Below are positions 29,901 to 36,397 of a stretch of DNA of 64,000 bases, piece after piece (the stretch's first letter is position 1; every line of letters begins with the position of its first letter). The translations under genes and the position numbers were made by a program. Source of the DNA: Deltaproteobacteria bacterium (GTDB taxonomy: Bacteria; Myxococcota_A; Polyangia; JAAYKL01); assembly GCA_016937015.1 (NCBI GenBank), contig JAFGWT010000161.1, forward strand, positions 11,130-75,129, given 5' to 3'. The notes under the pieces are model-generated. The model was not told where the DNA came from and did no database searches. It was given only the letters and a program-made list of their open reading frames with translations.

Positions 29901-30127
29901 GGGGGATTGCTGTCTTCGACTACTTCGAGAGTGCCATCCTTAAAGACGAATCGCGATGAGAAGATTGGATGTGATTCGATGACCAGTTGGAATGCTTTTT
30001 TTAAGACCTGGGTCTGCAAGCCCGCATCCAGTTTGAATGTTGATACAATATTATAGGCAACACTATTGGGCGCCATTTGCGCCTGCAACCAATATTGCCG
30101 CTGCAAATCCGAGGCTTTGTAATTCAT
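26921..30127 (-). CDS. Single-module NRPS, C-A-T (A domain read as Ser-type)
   Basis: C domain: aa 1-440, HHSVIDL at 29717-29737. A-domain core motifs: LTYREFN, YIIFTSGSTGRPKGV, FDVSVWEFF, NLYGPTEA, GELHIGG, YKTGD, GQVKIHGLRIELEEI, LPSYMIP, NGKVDRR. T domain: FFDVGGTSIL, Ser codon at 27125-27127. No TE, R or E domain. Confidence 0.95.
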   Translation of the reverse strand: MNYKASDLQRQYWLQAQMAPNSVAYNIVSTFKLDAGLQTQVLKKAFQLVIESHPIFSSRFVFKDGTLEVVEDSNPPTSLETPTDTYNTDEAALNAVKAFASKPFNLATGPLLRALLAPVQNGNAYLTLSAHHSVIDLKTKDMLGQAISQTYNSLLKTGKADGLSAESTYQDYVDWYSNWLNDEPGIKEKAFWVAEYQNMSEGLDFPCDFTRPSSPSFKGATVTISGSTEELKNLRSFCQKEVTQPYLVLLACYLLLLRKYTRDDVITVGIPLTNRVRPEHRDTMGCFMNIVPLTVKATEDMTFSALLQSVRKAMLICHRHQSLPFTQIVDAIAPPRDSSRNPLFQTLFTFEHPMSLALDGVNSQIIEIHAGGAQLDFSMNLWLSDDGLRGHFEYTSDLLENETAKRLVSHFKQAIAAVTENPNLKIHEVSLFKSNEYNLIVKQWNDTRKAYPPIDGLHQFLERQAIKTPDNIALEMPEKRALTYREFNAKCNQLAHCLMDMGVKKGTRIGVHLKRSLEMVISLHAIVKAGGIYVPMEPDFPSDRKKQMLADAEVPFVLQVSGVEIESDNSTCTVFLDKIQEKLNAMSVENPDVGITEADDAYIIFTSGSTGRPKGVLNGHAGICNRINWMQEAFQLNSDDVVLQKTPFTFDVSVWEFFWPFVSGARLAVAPPEAHKDPAALGELIGQFKVSTIHFVPSMLEVFLGSPSLATARESLKRIICSGEALGRPLQDKCLSSLSNVGLYNLYGPTEAAVDVTSWECHIEDSKASVPIGRAIANTQIYILDAYLNPVPIGVPGELHIGGVQVARGYVNRSDLTAERFIADPFDITGKGRLYKTGDWARFRPDGNIEYISRMDGQVKIHGLRIELEEINVAIREEIENIQQVVTVINSDTADTQLVAYIVLSDSVPLDESHVRHQLAHRLPSYMIPDVLVTVNEIPLSSNGKVDRRRLPSIQARIQNSSSGQKATTDTEMEVLDIWKEILKLDEIGVERNFFDVGGTSILAAHLANRLNETFCQTLSPVFLFRYTCIREQSRYLDEIGRDSSLDFSEVHKRAEKRRMVQQRRRKK

Positions 30128-30334
30128 GGTTGTTCTCTTTGTTTCCCGGTTGTTGCAATAACGAAATTATTTGTTGTAAATGCAGGCAGCATTCAATATG
30201 AGAATAATTAAATCAAGAGTTTTAACGGAAAAATCTGCAAATTTGATAGCCACTGCCTATATCAGTTACTATATATCCAGCAGACGAATGATATAAGCCC
30301 GGCAGGTGGGCTTTGGGGCGACCAGGCAATAGGT

Positions 30335-33300
30335 ATGAAAACAGAAAAAGAAAGCGATTTTACAGTTCACGCATCGAAGATTCAGGAGCAGTTTTGGTTT
30401 ATTAGCGAAATAACACCTGAAAATTCTGCATACAATATTATTTCATGGTTTGACGGGCGTGGTTCATTTCATCCAGAAGCGGCTCAACACGCACTTACCA
30501 GAGTGGTTGAACGGCATCATGCGTTGCGATGCGCACTGCAAACAGAAAATGGCCAAATCAGGCAAGTCATTTCAAAAGCCGCGAACGTTTGTATTGGCAC
30601 CCATGACCTTTGTGCATTGTATAAAGCCAATCCTGACGAGGCACGGGATATGATGGTTCAAGTGGCGAGAAAGCCCTTTGACCTGACCGTTTTCCCTTTG
30701 CTGAGGGCCGATCTGTTCACTCTGGAAAAAAACCGGTTTGTTTTTTTGCTGGTGTTCCATCACGCGATTGTTGATTTGCATACCAAGAGTGTTTTTTCAA
30801 AAGAGTTCAGCGCGTTTTATAATTCATTTGTAGCGAATCAACCGGAACCTGCATTTCCGCCGGCTGTTCAATACACAGAATATGTGAACTGGCAGCAATC
30901 CTGGCTGCAAACCGATGAACCGACGAAAATGGCAGAAACCTGGAAACGGGAATTGGAATTGCAATCTGGCGTGCTGAATCTGCCCGCTGATTATCCCCGT
31001 AAAAGTGTTGCCGGACTAAAAGGCAATACCGTCGATTTCACTTTCAGCAACGAGTTGTTTATAAAGGTTCAAAAGTACTGTGAGCAAAATCGACTTGATA
31101 AATTTTTACTTCTGCTCACCGCATATCTGGTGCTACTGTACAAACATACCAATCAATCGGACATTACAGTTGGCGTGCCACTGTCCAACCGACGACATCG
31201 CGATTTCAAGGATGTGATTGGCTGTTTTGTCAATGTGATGCCACTTGCGTTTAGTGTTCAGCCTGAAATGACAGTGGCTGATTTGCTCAAGCAGGTGCGC
31301 CACAGAATGCTCCTTGCACATCGAAACCAGGAACTTCCAATTCAACATTTGTTGAAGATTTTAAAGCCGGTGAGCAACGCGGGAACCAATCCCATATATC
31401 AAACCGCCTTTACGGTGGAACCGCCCATGAATATGGAGCTGTTGGATGTGGAAATGATACCGGTAAAGCTTCATCACGGCGGTGCGCAACTGGATTTGTT
31501 TATGTCTTTCTGGGACGTGACATCATCCATTTCCGGCTACCTTGAATATGATACAGGTCTATTTCGCACAGAGACCGTCGAAGGAATGGTTCGACGATTT
31601 CAAACATTGGTGGCTCGCTTTATGGACGCCGTCGATACGCGAGTTGCAGATGTCGAGATTCTGGACGCCGATGAACGGCACTGGCTGATCAGCAAAGTAA
31701 ATCAGACTCAATGTGACTTGCCCGACCTTCGGTTGCATGAACTCGTATCGATGCAGGTTCAAAAATCACCCGATAAGATTGCCTTCAAGTGTGGGCAATC
31801 GCAACTGTCATATGGCGATTTGCACGTGAAGTCGAACAGACTGGCCCATTACCTAAGGAAGAATGGCGTCACCAAAGGTTCTCTGGTTGGCGTTTATCTG
31901 TACCGTTCCACGGAAATGATGGTTGCTATTCTGGCTATTTTGAAGGCTGGCGCGGCATATGTCCCGCTTGACCCAAAATTCCCGAATGACCGGTTGAACT
32001 ATATTGTCGATGTCACCAATATACCGGTTTTGATTACACAAACTTCGCTCGCCGGCAATCTGCAGATAAAGGACGCCACGGCGTTTTGTATTGACGGGGA
32101 TGCGGCCCAACTCGACAGCGAATCAATTGAAAATCTGTCAGTTGAATTGGATGCGGCGGATCGCGCGTACGTTCTGTTTACCTCTGGTTCAACGGGGAAA
32201 CCCAAGGGAATTCCCATTCATCACGAAGCGGTGGTAAACTTTTTACTCTCCATGGCAAAACAGCCGGGAATATCTTCAGAAGATGTGCTGCTGGCGGTGA
32301 CAACACTGTCTTTTGACATTAGCATATTAGAATTGTTTTTACCGGTGATACAGGGAGCGACTGTGGTTATCGCATCTTCTGATGACGCGGTCAATGGTGA
32401 GGCTCTGCTTCGGTTAATCGAGGATGAGCAAATTACCGTTTTGCAAGGGACGCCTTCCAGCTGGCAAATACTGTTGGGGGCGGGACTTGGGAAACATTCA
32501 AAGTTGAAGATTCTGTGTGGTGGCGAAGCGATGCCCCAAAAACTCTCTGCGCAATTGTGCGATGTCAGTTCGGATGTCTGGAATATGTATGGTCCCACGG
32601 AAACGACGGTATGGTCCACTTGCTGCAAGGTTGAAAAAGATGCGCCCATTCGCATTGGCGCACCCATCGACAATACGCAGCTCTATATCGTGGATGAGCA
32701 GCTTCGGCTGGTGCCCCCGGGCGTTGCCGGCGAGCTGGTGATAGGGGGGGCAGGGGTTAGCCATGGTTACTTAAATCGCCCCGATTTGAACAAAACACAG
32801 TTTGGTGATGATCCGTTTCAGGAACATTTTGCCAACCGCATATACAGAACCGGCGATCTGGCACGATATCATTTTGATGGCTCTCTCGAACATCTCGGAC
32901 GAACGGATTCTCAAATCAAACTTCGAGGATTCCGCATTGAATTAAGCGAGATAGAAAGTGTGTTGTCCGGTTTTCCTCAGGTCAGGCAATGTGCGGTGGT
33001 ACTGGCCAGGAAGTCGTCGAATGACAGTCGTCTGGTTGCGTATGTGACGCATTCGTCAGCGGCTGCGCTATCCGAGTCGGAAATGATGGATTTTTTACGA
33101 AAAGCGCTGCCTGACTACATGGTCCCAACTTTTTTTGAACAATTGGATGCGATGCCGATGACTGCCAATGGCAAAATTGACCGCAAACGGCTTCCGGCGC
33201 CAACCTGGTCTGGAAGTTTGTCAGCCGCCCCTGAAAATCCGCCTGCGAATGAGACAGAGGGGATTCTGTTGTCAATTTGGGCATCGGTGATAGGAATCAG

Positions 33301-33559
33301 TAATATTGGCATGCATGATAATTTTTTCGATGTTGGTGGCAATTCCCTCATGGTTCTGGAGCTTACCAGTCAGGTGGAATCCCGTTTGGGGAAAAAAATA
33401 ACGGTAACGGACTTCTTTCAGTATCCAACAATATCCGCGCTTTCCAAATACCTGATCGGCGATACGGATGATTCAAACAGTCTTTCTTCGGTTGCTCGAA
33501 GCCGTGCGGAAAAAAGAAATAAAGCCAGATTGAAACGCACCGGAGGCAGGCTTACATAG
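30335..33559 (+). CDS. Single-module NRPS, C-A-T (A domain read as Gly-type)
   Basis: C domain with FHHAIVDL. A-domain core motifs: LSYGDLH, YVLFTSGSTGKPKGI, FDISILELF, NMYGPTET, GELVIGG, YRTGD, SQIKLRGFRIELSEI, LPDYMVP, NGKIDRK. T domain: FFDVGGNSLM, Ser codon at 33344-33346. No TE, R or E domain. Confidence 0.95.
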   Translation: MKTEKESDFTVHASKIQEQFWFISEITPENSAYNIISWFDGRGSFHPEAAQHALTRVVERHHALRCALQTENGQIRQVISKAANVCIGTHDLCALYKANPDEARDMMVQVARKPFDLTVFPLLRADLFTLEKNRFVFLLVFHHAIVDLHTKSVFSKEFSAFYNSFVANQPEPAFPPAVQYTEYVNWQQSWLQTDEPTKMAETWKRELELQSGVLNLPADYPRKSVAGLKGNTVDFTFSNELFIKVQKYCEQNRLDKFLLLLTAYLVLLYKHTNQSDITVGVPLSNRRHRDFKDVIGCFVNVMPLAFSVQPEMTVADLLKQVRHRMLLAHRNQELPIQHLLKILKPVSNAGTNPIYQTAFTVEPPMNMELLDVEMIPVKLHHGGAQLDLFMSFWDVTSSISGYLEYDTGLFRTETVEGMVRRFQTLVARFMDAVDTRVADVEILDADERHWLISKVNQTQCDLPDLRLHELVSMQVQKSPDKIAFKCGQSQLSYGDLHVKSNRLAHYLRKNGVTKGSLVGVYLYRSTEMMVAILAILKAGAAYVPLDPKFPNDRLNYIVDVTNIPVLITQTSLAGNLQIKDATAFCIDGDAAQLDSESIENLSVELDAADRAYVLFTSGSTGKPKGIPIHHEAVVNFLLSMAKQPGISSEDVLLAVTTLSFDISILELFLPVIQGATVVIASSDDAVNGEALLRLIEDEQITVLQGTPSSWQILLGAGLGKHSKLKILCGGEAMPQKLSAQLCDVSSDVWNMYGPTETTVWSTCCKVEKDAPIRIGAPIDNTQLYIVDEQLRLVPPGVAGELVIGGAGVSHGYLNRPDLNKTQFGDDPFQEHFANRIYRTGDLARYHFDGSLEHLGRTDSQIKLRGFRIELSEIESVLSGFPQVRQCAVVLARKSSNDSRLVAYVTHSSAAALSESEMMDFLRKALPDYMVPTFFEQLDAMPMTANGKIDRKRLPAPTWSGSLSAAPENPPANETEGILLSIWASVIGISNIGMHDNFFDVGGNSLMVLELTSQVESRLGKKITVTDFFQYPTISALSKYLIGDTDDSNSLSSVARSRAEKRNKARLKRTGGRLT

Positions 33560-33586
33560 GCCGTCTGCCGTCTGCCGTCTGCCGCC
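33560..33586. repeat. Heptanucleotide microsatellite (GCCGTCT)x3 + GCCGCC, immediately after the NRPS stop codon
   Basis: Read directly: TAG(33557-33559) GCCGTCT GCCGTCT GCCGTCT GCCGCC. Confidence 0.9.
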
Positions 33587-33735
33587 AGCAATTGTGGTAT
33601 TGTGAGGCATCTATCTGTTTCCCCATATGCTCAAGGCATAGACAGAAAAGGCAGCGACGCTTCTATAAAAGAAAAAGCGGTGTGCGTACTTCCCCCGACT
33701 GCGTTCTGACCGTGGTAATGGCGTAAGGACGCAGA

Positions 33736-35077
33736 TTGTGTGGTGTTTTCTTTTATCATAGACACGGATACAGATACGAATGCCGATACCAACACGGGAG
33801 ACATTCCGATGCCAACACCGGGGACGATACCGATACCAACACCAGTGTGGGGAACAGTGCAGAAACAGAGGGAGACACCGGGCCCGACACTGAAAGCGAT
33901 ACGGAAGTCGATACAGGAACCGAATCCGGCATGGACACTGGCACTGATACGGGCTCCGATACGGGCTCCGATTCTGACGCCGATAAGGGCAGTGATACGG
34001 GCGCAGACATCGGTACAGACACCGGCTCCGATGCCGGCGGCGACACTGGCACTGATATGGGTACAGACACGGGCATCGATTCCGGCGATGATACGGGCTC
34101 TGACACCGGTACGGACGCGGGTACAGAAACCGGTACCGATATTGTATGCGGAGTTCCCACAGACTTTGTCTGGACAGCTGATGCGAATCTAATATTCCCG
34201 GCAGCGGGCTGCAACGAAATGAAGGAACCCACACTTTTTTTACAACGGCAGCTGGCACATGCATGCCACTACATGGAACGTGGACGTTTGGGATATTACT
34301 CATTTGAGTTTTACGGACTGGACAGCCGCAGACAGTGCGCCTCGGGATATGATGAACACTAATCCCAATATCGATACGTATCATGCGTCCCCCCCCCCCC
34401 AGTTGTTTTTTTTGAGCCGCAGAATCTGTGGTATCTGGTTTTCCAGAATTCGCCACCGGCATATGTGACCTCCACCGATCCGGGGGATGTATCCACCTGG
34501 TCTGCGATCCCGCAATTTATGCCTAATCCAACCTTCCTTTCGGATAACGGAGATGCTGACATGGACTACTGGGTAATTTGTGATGACACCAATTGCTATC
34601 TGTTTTTCACCGCGTTTAATGGCAGTCTGTACAGGGCCCAAACGCCGATTGGTGATTTTCCGAGCGGATTTTCGGAAGCCAATACGGTGGAGGTGATGAC
34701 GGATTCTCAGTACGCGCTGTTCACCGGCACCGCCGTCTACAATATGCAGGGGACGAATACCTATCTTCTGCTGGTGGCAGGATTCGACGGCGATGGGGAA
34801 TATTACCGGGCCTGGACCTCCGATGCCCTCAATGGCACTTGGACCGATTTGGCAAGCCAGCAACGACAATTGGTTTGCATCAGTGGCCAATGTAACCGGC
34901 CCGGCATGGATTTCCACCGGCATCTCTCAGGGCGAAATCCCGCGCACCAATCCTGACCAGACCATGACCATCAGTACCTGTAACATGCAGTTTGTGTTCA
35001 CATCCCGCGAAGAGACCCTGTTGGACACGGATGTTGTCGTCCACTATAATACAGGCCTTCTCATCGACGCGTGTTGA
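33736..35077 (+). pseudogene. GH62-like alpha-L-arabinofuranosidase gene remnant: 5'-truncated, D/T/G-rich linker, at least 4 frame changes
   Basis: Pieces in frames +2/+1/+2/+1/+2 join into a GH62-like sequence: VPTDFVWT...KEPTLF|FYNGSWHMHATT...LSFTDWTAADSAP...HASPPPQLFF|FEPQNLWYLVFQ...YWVICDDTNCYLFF...YYRAWTSDALNGTWTDLA|SNDNWFAS...ISQGEIPRTNPDQTMTISTCNMQF. Two shifts sit at T-runs (34235-34241 and 34406-34413, the latter next to a C12 run at 34389-34400). No signal peptide or start codon precedes the linker. Confidence 0.75.
33758..34140 (+). repeat. Low-complexity coding repeat (Asp/Thr/Gly/Ser-rich linker, GAYACNGGY-type units)
   Basis: It translates as DTGTESGMDTGTDTGSDTGSDSDADKGSDTGADIGTDTGSDAGGDTGTDMGTDTGIDSGDDTGSDTGTDAGTETGTD. 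It also generates long spurious ORFs in the other frames and on the other strand (33611..34462, 33740..34192, 33756..34232). Confidence 0.85.
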
Positions 35078-35099
35078 CAAAAGAATTCGACACAGTTTC

Positions 35100-35899
35100 A
35101 TGACCATATCCGGATTGCCATACTTTAAGCGCAATATTAGTATTGATTACTCAGGGGCTCAAACCGCCACTTCCAGCCAGAAGGGGTTACGGGTGTACAT
35201 GGCCAACGCCACCTCGCCGCCGGTTGAGGTCCTTCCTCCTCTGAAATCAAAAAAGAAATACTGGACGCGGCTGGGGATTGTAAAATGGCTGGTGGCCACG
35301 CTTTTCGAAGATGTTCCAACGATTGCGGGGATAGACCACTCGTTTTCGTTTCCGTTGCGGTATTTCGAAAAGCACGGGATTGCGTCTGACTGGAACTGTT
35401 TTCTGGATGACTTTCAATCCCACTGGACCACTGATGGCGATCACGTCACTGTTGAGGATGTGCGCAACGGGCGGCTGGGCAATGGGGCTGCCCGCACCGG
35501 GAATTCCCGCTGGCGCCGCATCGCCGAAGAGCGGTAACGGGCCGAATCGGTTTTCATTTTGATGTACCCGGGGCCGTGGCCAAATCAACCCATGCCGGTT
35601 TGCCCTGGTTGCGGTTTATCTGTAAACAGGTAGGCGAGAAGGTTCATTTCTGGCCTTTTGATGGATGGAAGATACCAACCGGATCATCCGCACTTGTTGA
35701 GATTTATCCATCACTCTGCAGCAAAAACTACCTGCCCCGGAACCGCACTGCAGATCAGCATGACGCTTTTTCGGCTGCTGCCTGGCTTCGCGATACGGAT
35801 ACGTCCGGACATTTTAACACATATCTGCATCCTTTACTCGACACTCAAACCCGCACAGTCGCCAAAGATATTGAAGGATGGATACTGGGAGTGGAGTGA
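35100..35899 (+). pseudogene. Conserved-hypothetical gene split by a probable 1-nt frameshift (track ORFs 34992..35537 and 35576..35899)
   Basis: The likely start is ATG 35100 (MTISGLPYFKRNISIDYSGAQT). The first frame ends ...RWRRIAEER-TAA at 35535-35537. Frame +2 is already open from before 35470 and reads RRRAVTGRIGFHFDVPGAVAKSTHAGLPWLRF..., so the two ORFs overlap as expected for one interrupted gene. Function unknown. Confidence 0.5.
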
Positions 35900-36237
35900 A
35901 ATTTTTTACTGTTTGCCCTTAAAAAATTTTCGTTGGCTGACATGTATGTCAGTGTATATGTATCGTTAAGCAATTGTTGTGCGTTGTTTTGCGTTGAATC
36001 ATCCTGCTTCTTTTTTCAGCTAGTGCGCATCAGCGCGTTGGTGCTTTTCCGATACGACCATAATTATAAATAAGAGTGACGGAGATCGATAAAACGCTCT
36101 TGAGTTTCTCTCCGCCCTATAATAATTTATTTCAACTTACATACTAGCGCACCATTACGTTCGAGGGGCGACGAATGTTGCTTTAAATTCCAGTTAGATA
36201 TTTGTCACAACACCGTGTTTTACTATCGTAATTCATC

Positions 36238-36243
36238 GAAGGA
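36238..36243 (+). promoter_or_regulatory. Shine-Dalgarno-like GAAGGA, 10 nt upstream of the giant-ORF ATG
   Basis: Read directly: GAAGGAattgtcagtcATG. Confidence 0.4.
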
Positions 36244-36253
36244 ATTGTCAGTC

Positions 36254-36397
36254 ATGCGACTATTTTGCAATCCGTGTTTAGGTTTATTTTCAAATATACA
36301 TTCTCTGCTGCTGCAGGCGAATGCGACGAAGCGACTTTGGGCGGCCTTTACTACACTGCTGCTTTCAGCCGTTACTCTGCCATCGGGACTACACGCC
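36254..36397 (+). other. Predicted N-terminal signal peptide of the giant protein
   Basis: MRLFCNPCLGLFSNIHSLLLQANATKRLWAAFTTLLLSAVTLPSGLHA | ESAKV: a basic KR, a 15-residue hydrophobic core and an A-x-A-like site (L-H-A). Confidence 0.6.

Noticed and set aside
26041-33351. Nested or antisense track ORFs inside the AsnB-like and NRPS genes, e.g. 28103..28447, 28533..28958, 28592..28996, 32221..32673, 32982..33284.
   Set aside because: They are contained within the NRPS and AsnB-like ORFs, whose core motifs are unambiguous.
33560-33586. GCCGTCT repeats as Neisseria-type DNA uptake sequences or a mini CRISPR array.
   Set aside because: Only the 7-nt core resembles GCCGTCTGAA, and the GAA is missing. 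The units are contiguous with no spacers, which makes the element far too short for a CRISPR array. There are no cas genes.
33611-34462. 283-aa minus-strand ORF rich in R/Y/C/P (and 33740..34192 plus strand, 33756..34232 minus strand).
   Set aside because: It is the antisense or alternate-frame reading of the GAYACNGGY-type low-complexity linker of the GH62 remnant. The repeat keeps several frames open by chance.
35897-35930. AT-only imperfect inverted repeat (GAAATTTTTT ... AAAAAATTTTC) after the split hypothetical gene, as a terminator.
   Set aside because: The stem is entirely A/T with a mismatch and a 13-nt loop, so it is unlikely to be stable.
36100-36123. TTGAGT ... TATAAT as the sigma-70 promoter of the giant gene.
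   Set aside because: The spacer is only 12 nt, whereas 16-18 nt is expected, so I do not call it.
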